From Phycisphaerae bacterium (GTDB taxonomy: Bacteria > Planctomycetota > Phycisphaerae > UBA1845 > JAFGLZ01), in the NCBI GenBank assembly GCA_016927755.1, contig JAFGLZ010000028.1:464-64463 (forward strand): a DNA stretch of 64,000 bases, written 5' to 3'. How positions within the stretch are numbered: the first letter of the stretch is position 1; every line of letters begins with the position of its first letter. Positions 7,503 through 16,900 of the stretch are shown in pieces. Position numbers and translations under genes: made by a program. The notes beneath the pieces were generated by a model. It had not been told where the DNA came from. It was given only the letters and a program-made list of their open reading frames with translations, and searched no databases.

Positions 7503-8957
7503 ATGCGCAGCGTGCTGTTGGTCGGGATGACCCTGAGCATGTGCCTGGTAATGCCGCTGACCGCCGTGGCGGGGGAGGAGCCTCAGAACCTGCAGTCGCG
7601 ACTCGATCGACTTCAGAACCTGGTCGACAAGCAGCAGCAGACGATCACCGACTTGGAGTCCAAGCTCACTGTCGCCAACAGCGAGGATCTGGACGCCGCG
7701 CGTGTCGAGGAGATCAAGAAGGTCGTGCGAGAGGTCCTGGCCGATGCCGACTTCCGTGAGAGCCTCTACCCAGACGTCATGCAGGTCGGATACGATCACG
7801 GCTTCTACATCAAGAGCAGCGACGACAAGTTCCTGCTGAACATCAGCGGGATGATGCAGTTCCGGTGGACGGGCACGAATCGTCAGACCGACAACCCGCG
7901 GCTCCAGGGCCGAAACAAGCAGGACGACATCAACGGCTTCGAGATCGAGAAGCTGTTCCTGACGTTCGCCGGCCACATCCACACCGACAAGCTGACGTAT
8001 CAGGTGACGGTCCAGGGCGACACCGACCTGTCCCACGACTGGGTGACCTACTACGCCCTCGTGAACTACGAGGTCGTGCCGGAGTTTCAGGTCATGGCCG
8101 GTCTAATGGATCTCCCGCAGGGGCGGCAGTTCATGAACTGGGACAGCAAGCTTCAGTTCGTCGACCGTTCCATGGTGGAGGAGGCGTTCTTCCTGGGGCA
8201 GTCGATCGGCGTGATGTTCCACGGCACGCTGGCCAAGCGGGTCACGTACATGGCGGGCATCTACAACGGCATCAACGATCCGACGGATAGCCCGGGTCGC
8301 GAGCAGCTCGACACGAACTTTGCCTTCGCGAGCCGGTTGATCGGGCACATCCTGGGTGAGGGGATCAGCGACGAGACCGACCTCGAGTACAGCAAGGACC
8401 CCTTGCTCGACGTGGCCGCGAGCTTCTACATCAATGACGACAACGGCGACAACCTCGGACCGGGCCTGCTCTACAGCATTCCGGACCGGATCCGCCGCGG
8501 CCGGGGCATCGGCGGCAACGCGATCGCGGACGCCACCGGGACCCAGTACTACGGTTTCGGCGCCGATGCGGCGTTCCGCTATCGCGGCTTCTCGCTGACG
8601 GCCGAGTGGTATCTGCGGACGGTGGACGGCGAGAGCGAGTTCTCGCAGTGGGAGATCCTGACGGGCAAGAGCCACTCGTCGCACGTTCAGGGCGGGTACA
8701 TCCAGGCGGGCTACTTCGTCATCCCCAAGAAGGTCGAGGTGGCGGCCAGGATGGGTGGCGTCTGGGACAACGACGACGACAACGTGTGGGAGTATACGTT
8801 CGGCGTGAACTACTATCCGTATAGCTCCCACAACTTCAAGATTCAGGCCGACTTCACTCGGATCTCCGAGGCCTCGGTGGACTCCTCCTGGATCAACGTT
8901 AATCAGAACGACGAGATCAACATGTTCCGCGTGCAATTGCAGGCGGCGTTCGAGTAG
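7503..8957 (+). CDS. Phosphate-selective porin O/P family outer-membrane protein, paralogue 1
   Basis: AGGAGG lies 7 nt before the ATG. The protein has a signal peptide, an N-terminal coiled coil (LQSRLDRLQNLVDKQQQTITDLESKL), alternating beta-strand patterns and a C-terminal aromatic residue (QAAFE). The overall pattern is that of OprO/OprP-type porins. Confidence 0.75.
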   Translation: MRSVLLVGMTLSMCLVMPLTAVAGEEPQNLQSRLDRLQNLVDKQQQTITDLESKLTVANSEDLDAARVEEIKKVVREVLADADFRESLYPDVMQVGYDHGFYIKSSDDKFLLNISGMMQFRWTGTNRQTDNPRLQGRNKQDDINGFEIEKLFLTFAGHIHTDKLTYQVTVQGDTDLSHDWVTYYALVNYEVVPEFQVMAGLMDLPQGRQFMNWDSKLQFVDRSMVEEAFFLGQSIGVMFHGTLAKRVTYMAGIYNGINDPTDSPGREQLDTNFAFASRLIGHILGEGISDETDLEYSKDPLLDVAASFYINDDNGDNLGPGLLYSIPDRIRRGRGIGGNAIADATGTQYYGFGADAAFRYRGFSLTAEWYLRTVDGESEFSQWEILTGKSHSSHVQGGYIQAGYFVIPKKVEVAARMGGVWDNDDDNVWEYTFGVNYYPYSSHNFKIQADFTRISEASVDSSWINVNQNDEINMFRVQLQAAFE

Positions 8958-8989
8958 TGGAACCTGCTTGACGGCAGCGAAGGCCTTTC

Positions 8990-9028
8990 GAGCCCCTGTG
9001 AGCGTGTCAGTTCACGGGGGCTCTTTTT
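8990..9028 (+). terminator. Rho-independent terminator after porin 1
   Basis: The arms GAGCCCCTGTGA and TCACGGGGGCTC pair with one mismatch and are followed by TTTTT. Confidence 0.7.
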
Positions 9029-9121
9029 GCGTCCGCGATGCCCTTCGCAGGCCCTTGCTTTCGGCGTTACCCGCCCAGGTTCACCGAAATCGGGTTTTCC
9101 GAGGAAAGGGCCAGCACAGCC

Positions 9122-9150
9122 TTGACATCGCGGCCGAAAGCCGATATAGG
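9122..9150 (+). promoter_or_regulatory. Sigma70-like promoter for porin 2
   Basis: TTGACA, 17-nt spacer, TATAGG, about 105 nt upstream of the ATG at 9257. Confidence 0.45.
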
Positions 9151-9256
9151 CAATGACCATTGGGCAGGTTGTCTCCGTGCGGCTGCAGGTGCGGGCAGCA
9201 GAAGCGGAGAAGCACCCATCCCGTCAGTTCGCGGTACCAACCAGGGAGGTCTATCC

Positions 9257-10699
9257 ATGCGCAGCGTGGGAATGCTGGGCGTTGCACTGGCGCTGTTTCT
9301 GGTCGCTGTGCCGGCTGGGGCGTCCGAAGACCTGAAAGGGAGGCTTGATCGACTCCAAGAGTTGGTCGAGAAACAGCAGCAGACCATCGGCGAGTTGGAG
9401 ACCAAGCTGAGCGTCGCGAACAGCGAAGACCTGGATGCCGCGCGCGTCGAGGAGATCAAGAAGGTTGTGCGGGAGGTCCTCGCCGATGCTGATTTCCGCG
9501 AGAGCCTTTACCCGGACGTCATGCAGGTCGGATACGACCACGGCTTCTATATCAAGAGCAGCGACGAGAAGTTCCTGCTGAATATCAACGGCATGATGAA
9601 GTTCCGTTGGACGGGCACGAATCGGCAAACGGACAACCCTCGGCTGCAGGGCCGCAACAAGCAAGACGACATTAATGGGTTCGAGATCGAGCAGCTTTAC
9701 CTGACGTTCATGGGGCATATTCACACCGACAAGCTTACTTACAGGGTCACGGTGCGAGGCGACACCGACCAATCGCATGACTGGATCACCTATTACGCGT
9801 GGGTGAACTACGAGATTGCCCCTGAGTTACAGATTCGCGCCGGTCTCGTCGACATCCCCCAGGGCCGCCAGTTCCTTTACTGGCACAGCCAATGGCAGTT
9901 CGTGGATCGTTCGCTCGCGGAGGAGGTTTTCGCGCTGGGTCGGTCAATCGGCATCAAGGCGCACGGTACACTGGCCAAGCGTCTGAGCTACCAGATCGGC
10001 ATGTTCAACGGTATCAACGATGAATCGGACAGCCCGGGCCGGGAGCAACTTGACACCAATTTCTCGTATGCAGCCCGGTTGGTAGGCCATATCCTTGGGG
10101 ATCCCATTACGAGCGAGCCCGATCTCGAATACAGCAAGGATCCCCAGTGGGAAGTCGGTTCGAGCTTCTACTACAACGACGACAACGGCGACAACCGCGG
10201 CCCCGGCTTGCTGTACAACATTCCGGAGCGGATCCGCCGCGGACGTGGGATCGGTGGGAACGCGACGGCGGACGCAACCGGGACGGACTACTTCGGTTTC
10301 GGCATGGACACGGCCTTCAAGTATCGCGGTTTCTCGCTGGCCGCCGAGTGGTACCTGAGGACGGTCGACAGCGACAGCGAGTTCTCGCAGTGGGAACTGC
10401 TCACGACCCGGTCGGGTTCGTCGCACTATCAGGGGGGCTACATCCAGGCCGGCTATTTCATCATCCCCAAGAAGGTTGAGCTGGCGGCTCGGATGGGCGG
10501 TGTCTGGGACAACGGCGGCGACAATACCTGGGAGTACACGTTCGGCGTGAGCTACTATCCCTATGGCTCCCATAATTTCAAGATCCAGGCCGACTACACG
10601 AGGATCGAGGAGGCCTCGGTTGACTCGGATTGGATCAACGTCAATCAAAACGACGAGATCAACATGTTCCGCGTGCAATTGCAGGCGGCGTTCGAATAG
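9257..10699 (+). CDS. Phosphate-selective porin O/P family outer-membrane protein, paralogue 2
   Basis: GGGAGG upstream of the ATG. The protein is colinear with porin 1 along its whole length and has an identical C-terminal WINVNQNDEINMFRVQLQAAFE. Confidence 0.75.
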   Translation: MRSVGMLGVALALFLVAVPAGASEDLKGRLDRLQELVEKQQQTIGELETKLSVANSEDLDAARVEEIKKVVREVLADADFRESLYPDVMQVGYDHGFYIKSSDEKFLLNINGMMKFRWTGTNRQTDNPRLQGRNKQDDINGFEIEQLYLTFMGHIHTDKLTYRVTVRGDTDQSHDWITYYAWVNYEIAPELQIRAGLVDIPQGRQFLYWHSQWQFVDRSLAEEVFALGRSIGIKAHGTLAKRLSYQIGMFNGINDESDSPGREQLDTNFSYAARLVGHILGDPITSEPDLEYSKDPQWEVGSSFYYNDDNGDNRGPGLLYNIPERIRRGRGIGGNATADATGTDYFGFGMDTAFKYRGFSLAAEWYLRTVDSDSEFSQWELLTTRSGSSHYQGGYIQAGYFIIPKKVELAARMGGVWDNGGDNTWEYTFGVSYYPYGSHNFKIQADYTRIEEASVDSDWINVNQNDEINMFRVQLQAAFE

Positions 10700-10734
10700 G
10701 TCAAAGAGGCCGATCTGGGAAGCACGATCCAGGC

Positions 10735-10769
10735 GCCCGCGAGCCGAACGGCTCGCGGGCGTCTTTCTG
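10735..10769 (+). terminator. Rho-independent terminator after porin 2
   Basis: GCCCGCGAGCC-GAAC-GGCTCGCGGGC followed by GTCTTTCTG. Confidence 0.6.
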
Positions 10770-10884
10770 CGCTCGTATGATGCGACCGGGTGGCTGCTAT
10801 CGCCCGGATGCATAGCGTTTTCCGCAACGGGCGGGCTCATACAGGTCGCGGCGCGCGGTCGTGTAGAAGAGAGGTATACGTGAC

Positions 10885-13800
10885 ATGACGTGGGTTCTCC
10901 TAGAACAGAAGATTCGGCGGACGAATACGCGGCCGAGAAGGCCGTTCCCGCTCTGGGCGGCGTGCGCGGCGATTGGGGCGCTGCTCTGGACAGCGGCACT
11001 CGCCAAGCAGGCCCAGGCGGCCGAGGCGGCTGCCCAGGATGCGAACGCCAGGAAGGCGGCTTTCGTCAAGGGCGTGGTCGGCGGGGCGGGGCTGATGCCC
11101 TGGCAGACGCCGGGGCCGTCTTCGCAGGAGACGGCGTTTCGCGAGAAGATGGAGGCTCGCAAGACGCGGATGCTGGCGCATGCGCGCGACGTCAGGCATC
11201 CGGTGTTGCTGTCGGACGAGGAGATCGCTCGGGCGAGGCGGACTATCGAGCGAACCGACTGGGGCAGGAAGTGGTTCGCCGACGTCAAGAAGACGGCCGA
11301 CGAGGTGGCCGGGCATGACGACGCGTGGATCGACCGCATGATCTCCGAGCTGACGCCGTGGCAGCACTACGGCTTCACGTGCCCCAACTGCGTCGGGGTC
11401 AAGTCGCAGGAGGGGGTCGGCGGGCGGATCGTGGCGTGGAGCTCCCGCTATCCCGACGTGATCCGCTGCAACCGATGCGGGCAGACGTATCCCGACGCGA
11501 AGTTCCCCGAGACGGCGACGCTGCAGGCGCCTCGAATGGGACAGTCTCTGACGTTCTATCTGAACGAACGCGAGCGCGAGCATCCCGACGACCGGACGGG
11601 CAAGCTGGCGTATCACTGGGTGGGCCGGCCGATTCACGTGAGCTTCTCGGGCAGCGTTCGCCAACACAAGGCGTCGTTCATGATCTCGGCCGGTCGGAGC
11701 CTGGCCCTGGCCTACCAACTGACCGGCGAGGCGCGGTACGCCGACAAGGCCGTCAAGATTCTCGTCCGCCTGGCCCGCTGCTATCGCCGCTGGCTCTATC
11801 ACGACTACTGGGACACGGTTGCCGACTGCGACCCGCTCTACGCCGCCTGGCACGATCGGGATCTGAAGCTCGAATGGAAGCGGCACCTCTGCTCGCAGGC
11901 GTACAAGAATGACACCTCCGAGCGTGCGCGGATGCTTCAGAACTACTGGGGGGCCGGTCGTCTCTGGCCCAGCACCGGATCGGTCTCCTGCCTGCCGGAT
12001 GTCTGCCTGACGTACGACCTGGTTTGCGAGGCCAAGGACGCTTCGGGTCGGCCGCTGTGGACGGATGCCATGCGAGCCGAGGTCGAACGGGACCTGCTGC
12101 TGGAGTGGATCATGGACGCCGAGCCGTACGTCGGCGGGGAGGGGAAGGCGACCTGTCCCAACAACAAGGCCCCGCGGATCTACATGGCGCAGGCGGCGGT
12201 GGCCAAGACGCTCGGCGTGCCCGAGCTGGCCGACGTGGCCCTCCGCGGATACGAGACCGTGCGGGATCGCTCCTTCACGTTCGACGGCTTCTCCCGCGAG
12301 TCGCCCGCCTACACGAACATGTACCTCGGCGCGCTGCTGATGGTGCCCGAGACGCTGCATGGGTTCGTCTGGCCGAGCGGGTTCAAGGCGCGCCAGGGCG
12401 CGCTCGACCTGTACCGGTCGGACCCGATGCTGCGTCTCATGCTCCTCAGCGTGCTGGACCAGCTTTGCCCGGACGGCCGCTATCCGCCCCTCTCGGACAC
12501 GTCGGTCAGCGCTCGGCCCAGCACGTTCTTTTTCGAGCTGGGCCTGAATCGCTTGCCCGACGCCTTTCGCGGCAAGATGCCGAGCCTGTACGCCGGACGC
12601 CGCCCGACCGAGTACGCATTGTTCCATTGCGAGCCCGAGGAGCTCGAGAGGCACGGCGCGTTCGACCTGCCCGAGATCTGGTATCCCGGCTGGATGACGG
12701 CGTTCCTGCGTCATGGCCAGGGGCGCGGTGCGTCGATGCTGGCGATGCCGGCGAATCCGGAGGGCGGGCACCGTCACCGCGACAACCTCTCGCTCTTCTA
12801 CGTCGACCGAGGGCACGTCGTCCTCGGCGATCAGGGCTACATCGGCGACATGCCGCAGAACCGCTGGATTCACGACGCCCGAAGCCACAACCTCGTCGTC
12901 GTGGATGAGGCGGATCAGAACGCGCGAGGCCGCCGGCCCCGGCTGCACATGATGTTCACCACGCCGATCGCTTCCGTCGTCGAGTGCTCCACCGACGCCT
13001 ACCCCATGTGCCGCCAGTACCGCCGGACGACGGTCCTGATCAAGGGGCCAGAGGCGCGGACATTCCTGGTCGATATCTTCCGCGTCGAGGGCGGCAAGAG
13101 ACGCGCGTATCGGATCTTCAGCGAGGTAGGGGCCTCGGATGCCGAGGCGGGGGTCCTCGAGTTCGTCGGCGCGAGTTTGCCGGCCGAGAAGCCGCTGCCC
13201 AACTTCGGCGGCAGCGTCCAGCCCGAGCACATCTACGGCCTGCGCGACGTCCGCTCCCTGGAAAAGCCCGCGCCAGGCTGGCAAGCGGTTTGGAGACAGA
13301 AGGGGCGGGCCTATCGAATGCGGATGCTAAGCGCCGTCGACCGGCTGGAAGCATCCAACGGCCCCGGGCAGGAGCTGCACACTCAGCTCGGCCGGCGCGT
13401 TCGATACGTCGACGCCGTCGACGTCGGGGATGATCGGGCGAGCGTGTTCGTCGCCATCCACGAGCCGAGCGGCGTCGACGGCGCGACGCCCGTGAGGGCC
13501 GCCAAGCTGCTAGCGCTGCCCCCTGGGGCCGGCAAGGACGCCGTCGCCGTCAAGATCCAGTCCGATTGGGGCACCTATCTCGTGCTGAGCGACGTCGACA
13601 GCCGCGTCGAGGTGGACGGGGTCTCGTTCCAGGGCAAGTTCGGCCTGGTCAGGATCGAGCCCGACGGCAAGCGGCGCCTCGTCGCGTGTGGGGCGAGCAC
13701 GATGACTTGCGGCGATTTGGGGTTCGTCGATCGTCCCGCTCGCTGGACGGGCCAGGTGACCGAGTACACGGACACATCGCTGGTGGCCGACGCGCCCGCG

Positions 13801-13980
13801 CCGGATGGTTTCGATCCAATTCCGCCCGATTGCCGCAACTACGTTCTGATACCGTGGGGCAAGTACGTCACGGGTTGGCCCGTGGCCGCCTTTGATCGCG
13901 GCAAGATTTCCGTTCAGCGGTTCGGGCTGAAGGACCCGAAGCGTTTCGATCTGCCGGCGCTGAGAGTGCTCGGCAAATGA
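10885..13980 (+). CDS. Heparinase II/III-like polysaccharide lyase family protein
   Basis: Signal/TM segment at the N-terminus. The C-terminal block GGHRHRDNLSLFYVDRGHVVLGDQGY...SHNLVVVD is typical of the Hepar_II_III domain. There is also an embedded CPNC...CNRCG zinc-ribbon-like insert. Confidence 0.7.
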   Translation: MTWVLLEQKIRRTNTRPRRPFPLWAACAAIGALLWTAALAKQAQAAEAAAQDANARKAAFVKGVVGGAGLMPWQTPGPSSQETAFREKMEARKTRMLAHARDVRHPVLLSDEEIARARRTIERTDWGRKWFADVKKTADEVAGHDDAWIDRMISELTPWQHYGFTCPNCVGVKSQEGVGGRIVAWSSRYPDVIRCNRCGQTYPDAKFPETATLQAPRMGQSLTFYLNEREREHPDDRTGKLAYHWVGRPIHVSFSGSVRQHKASFMISAGRSLALAYQLTGEARYADKAVKILVRLARCYRRWLYHDYWDTVADCDPLYAAWHDRDLKLEWKRHLCSQAYKNDTSERARMLQNYWGAGRLWPSTGSVSCLPDVCLTYDLVCEAKDASGRPLWTDAMRAEVERDLLLEWIMDAEPYVGGEGKATCPNNKAPRIYMAQAAVAKTLGVPELADVALRGYETVRDRSFTFDGFSRESPAYTNMYLGALLMVPETLHGFVWPSGFKARQGALDLYRSDPMLRLMLLSVLDQLCPDGRYPPLSDTSVSARPSTFFFELGLNRLPDAFRGKMPSLYAGRRPTEYALFHCEPEELERHGAFDLPEIWYPGWMTAFLRHGQGRGASMLAMPANPEGGHRHRDNLSLFYVDRGHVVLGDQGYIGDMPQNRWIHDARSHNLVVVDEADQNARGRRPRLHMMFTTPIASVVECSTDAYPMCRQYRRTTVLIKGPEARTFLVDIFRVEGGKRRAYRIFSEVGASDAEAGVLEFVGASLPAEKPLPNFGGSVQPEHIYGLRDVRSLEKPAPGWQAVWRQKGRAYRMRMLSAVDRLEASNGPGQELHTQLGRRVRYVDAVDVGDDRASVFVAIHEPSGVDGATPVRAAKLLALPPGAGKDAVAVKIQSDWGTYLVLSDVDSRVEVDGVSFQGKFGLVRIEPDGKRRLVACGASTMTCGDLGFVDRPARWTGQVTEYTDTSLVADAPAPDGFDPIPPDCRNYVLIPWGKYVTGWPVAAFDRGKISVQRFGLKDPKRFDLPALRVLGK

Positions 13981-14080
13981 CCGCCGGCGGGCTCGCATGG
14001 ATCGGTCCACCCGCTTGGTCGGGGCTTGGCGGCGGCGCCTCCGTTCGCGCCGAGCGGCCCGGGGGGGCTGGTCGGAAGGC

Positions 14081-15136
14081 TTACGACCCAAAAGGTGGGA
14101 TCTCGCCGGGTTGGGTGTAGCGCCCCCGTTGGGCGTAGTACAGGTTGTCCATGTAGGCGATGACGGCGTTCATCTCGTGCCAGGCGCGCCCGCCATCGCC
14201 ATTCATGCGAAACTCCTTCGGTTTCGACTTCAGGCGAGTGTTGTTGCCTGACTCATACGTCGGCCAAGGGTCGCGTTCTAGATCGGCGTGTCCGTCGTAG
14301 CAGAAGATGCTGCCGCGCTTCCAAAGGAATGGGTCGTAGAAACCGAACTCGGTGTCGTAGTCGAGCTTGTGGAAGCGGCAGGTCGTGGGCCTGCCATGGT
14401 AGATGCCGATGATGTTGTCCGCGAAGAAGCCGTAGTCGTTGCAGTTGTATGCCGAGCCGTTGTCTCCATAACAGCCGGCCGTGGCGACGTGGCGATCCCA
14501 CTGCTCGTCAAGCAGCACAGGCAGCCGCCCCGGCGCATAGACCTTGCTGACCTTCATGATCGGACCCGAGACGTCGCCCCAAGTACTCGGGCAATCCAGA
14601 CCAGTCTCGGCCTCAAACTCATCCGGCAATCGCCACAGCCGTGCCCACACGGCGCGGGTGTAATTCCAGACGCTGTGGGCCTTGTCCGGGTGGCTCACCC
14701 GCTCGAATTCCGGGCACCGGTAGTTGTCTTCGAATCGGCAGTACGTGAATAGCCAGCCGCTGCGGGGTACGCTAACGTATTCGGGCCAGACTTCTTGCCG
14801 GCTGTGGTGGATGGCCAGAAGGTCATTGGGCTCGGCCAGCCACGCCTCGTTGGCGTCGTAAACAGTCCCGTGCATCGTGGAGATGAAGGGGAACACCTCC
14901 CCGTAGTCGTCCGCGTATAGCAGGAGGCCTTTACCCATCTGGCCGATGCGGCTCAGGCACAGCGTGGTCCGCGCCTGCGATCGGGCGCTGCTGAGCGCCG
15001 GAAGCAGAATCGAGATCAGCAACGCGATGATCGCGACCACAACCAGCAACTCGATGAGCGTGAACCCCCCCGCGCCCACGACCGACCTCCGTGCACGATC
15101 CGTCACGACGTTTCTCCCGCAGATAGGCGGCCCCAA
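14081..15136 (-). CDS. DUF1559 / HX9DG-type prepilin-like protein (N-terminal cleavage/methylation domain)
   Basis: GFTLIELLVVVAIIALLISILLPAL prepilin motif, and a C-terminal FCYDGHA motif. Confidence 0.85.
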   Translation of the reverse strand: MGPPICGRNVVTDRARRSVVGAGGFTLIELLVVVAIIALLISILLPALSSARSQARTTLCLSRIGQMGKGLLLYADDYGEVFPFISTMHGTVYDANEAWLAEPNDLLAIHHSRQEVWPEYVSVPRSGWLFTYCRFEDNYRCPEFERVSHPDKAHSVWNYTRAVWARLWRLPDEFEAETGLDCPSTWGDVSGPIMKVSKVYAPGRLPVLLDEQWDRHVATAGCYGDNGSAYNCNDYGFFADNIIGIYHGRPTTCRFHKLDYDTEFGFYDPFLWKRGSIFCYDGHADLERDPWPTYESGNNTRLKSKPKEFRMNGDGGRAWHEMNAVIAYMDNLYYAQRGRYTQPGEIPPFGS

Positions 15137-15191
15137 CTCGAGCGACCGATGCGGCCTCCCCGCGCTGAGCGCGGCCGGCCCTTCCCTTCCC

Positions 15192-16403
15192 CTACGTCAG
15201 GCGCCGAACCACGACGCCCACCGCCAAAGCCATCAGCGTCACGGCAAGAAACAGCGGCATGCTGCTGCCGCATTTGAACGACGCCTCAATCGCCTTGTCC
15301 TCATCCATCGTCAGGTACAGCACGGTGTTGCTGTCCGACGCCGAGGCGTAGTTCGCGTCGCCGGGGTAGTTCGGGTCGAGGATCAGCCATTGCTTGAACG
15401 ACTTGCCCGCGATCGCCTCGGCAACCAGCACGATCTCCGTCCCGTCCGTATAGCGACGCTGCGCCGAATAGGGCGGGTTGTTCGGCGGATCATAATCGTT
15501 CGGATCCATGTTGTTGCAGTCCGCCAGTAGGTCGGGGTCGATCGTGACGGTCCCGTACTGCGGGTTAATGACCGTCAGATCCAGCGTCCTCGACACGTTT
15601 GTGAAGACGCCGTGACGGCATTCGATGTTGTCGTACTTGACGTCCGACTTGAGCTCGTCTCCCGTGTGGCTGCTGCAAAGCGACGTGAGGCTGTATAGCC
15701 CCGCCGAGTATGGCGGGTAAATGTTGGGGTCCCATGCCGTCGTGATCAGCACGTCGATGTCCCAAACCCCGTCCCAGTCGTACTTGTCCCCCGCATAGGC
15801 CGCCGCCCGAAGCCGGTTGTCGTTGACGTCGTTAGGATCCGCGCCCGGATCGTACTGACACACCATCCAGAACCCGGCGTTCGGGTCCAAATCAGTTCGC
15901 CGGTGCCCGCCCCTAGCCTGACTGAAATCGGTTCCGGTCACGTAGATGACCTCGAACCAGTTGTCGTCGAACTGGAAGTCGCAGATGTACGTCCTCCACT
16001 GGACGTAATCGGCGAGTATGGTGAAGCCGCAGCATCCTTCGCCAGCCAGGAGGGGATTCGCCCGCATCTTGGCCACGACATAGTGGGCTTGGGCGTCCGT
16101 GAACCAGTTCGCGCTCGTGTTCGGGTCCCGATCCCCATAGTCCACCAGGGCCCCCGATAGCCCCGCGCTGATGAACGAGACGCCCTGCACGTAAAGTCGC
16201 AGCTCCCCGTCGAGGGCGCTCTCGGCATAGGCCACACCAACCTTATGCGCGATCGTCCAGCAAGGGTCATCGATGTCGAAGACGTTCGGATCCTCGCCGT
16301 ACTGACCGTCGTTGAAGCTGTCGTAGAAATCGGCCAGAACCGATTCCGTTCCCAGGATGCACAGAACACTCAGAACGACTACAGCGAGCTTCCATCTCAC
16401 CAT
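15192..16403 (-). CDS. Secreted hypothetical protein with a C-terminal Cys-TM-RR anchor
   Basis: GAGGAGG lies 7 nt before the ATG at 16403. Signal peptide MVRWKLAVVVLSVLCILG. The segment LDLTVINPQYGTVTIDP...YTDGTEIVLVAEAIAGKSFKQW resembles an InlB B-repeat-type domain. The C-terminus is KCGSSMPLFLAVTLMALAVGVVVRRLT. Confidence 0.7.
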   Translation of the reverse strand: MVRWKLAVVVLSVLCILGTESVLADFYDSFNDGQYGEDPNVFDIDDPCWTIAHKVGVAYAESALDGELRLYVQGVSFISAGLSGALVDYGDRDPNTSANWFTDAQAHYVVAKMRANPLLAGEGCCGFTILADYVQWRTYICDFQFDDNWFEVIYVTGTDFSQARGGHRRTDLDPNAGFWMVCQYDPGADPNDVNDNRLRAAAYAGDKYDWDGVWDIDVLITTAWDPNIYPPYSAGLYSLTSLCSSHTGDELKSDVKYDNIECRHGVFTNVSRTLDLTVINPQYGTVTIDPDLLADCNNMDPNDYDPPNNPPYSAQRRYTDGTEIVLVAEAIAGKSFKQWLILDPNYPGDANYASASDSNTVLYLTMDEDKAIEASFKCGSSMPLFLAVTLMALAVGVVVRRLT

Positions 16404-16543
16404 CGTGGCTTCCTCCTCAGTGCTCGACGCGCACACACTCGGCCCCTTAGCGGAACTCTTCCACTAAAGAGCTATTCAGGACTCAGATGCAACGCCTTCC
16501 AACCTTCAGCATCAGTATAGAAATGCCCCTCACTGACCAACCA

Positions 16544-16572
16544 ATGATAAACAGGTGTTTACCCCTTGTCAA
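16544..16572 (-). promoter_or_regulatory. Sigma70-like promoter for the 16403 operon
   Basis: On the minus strand: TTGACA, 17-nt spacer, TATCAT, about 135 nt upstream of the ATG at 16403. Confidence 0.5.
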
Positions 16573-16900
16573 CTACATGGACCAACTTCATGAAAGTAGT
16601 CAGAAGGCCTACGGCAAGGAGCGATGAGGCCGATTTCGTCCTTATTGCCTTTCGTTAAGAAACTTAAAGGGAGGATGGGGCCAGATTGCCGCCTCGACCC
16701 GGCAACGGCGAAATGTAAGCTACTTCAGGATCGGCTCGGACGCGGCAATCCGGCCCGGAGAGGGCGTAATGTGATAAGTTGCTATATATTAGCGAGTTAG
16801 AATTGCATGCGTGGGCCATTGGCTCCCTTGCCTCGTCGACGTGTATAGAGCCCTTCCAACGGAACGCCGAGAGACATAAGGCCTTTGGTCGAGACGGCTG

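Noticed and set aside
10900-13284. 794-aa minus-strand ORF
   Set aside because: It lies entirely inside the heparinase II/III-like gene on the other strand, has shadow-ORF composition, and shows no domain signatures.
16573-16900. AT-rich 330-nt spacer upstream of the 16544-16572 promoter, with a tiny ORF after AAGGAG (about 16608-16621)
   Set aside because: The RBS-to-ATG spacing is too short, the ORF has low third-position GC and there is no terminator. It is most simply a terminator/promoter spacer between the esterase and the next operon.
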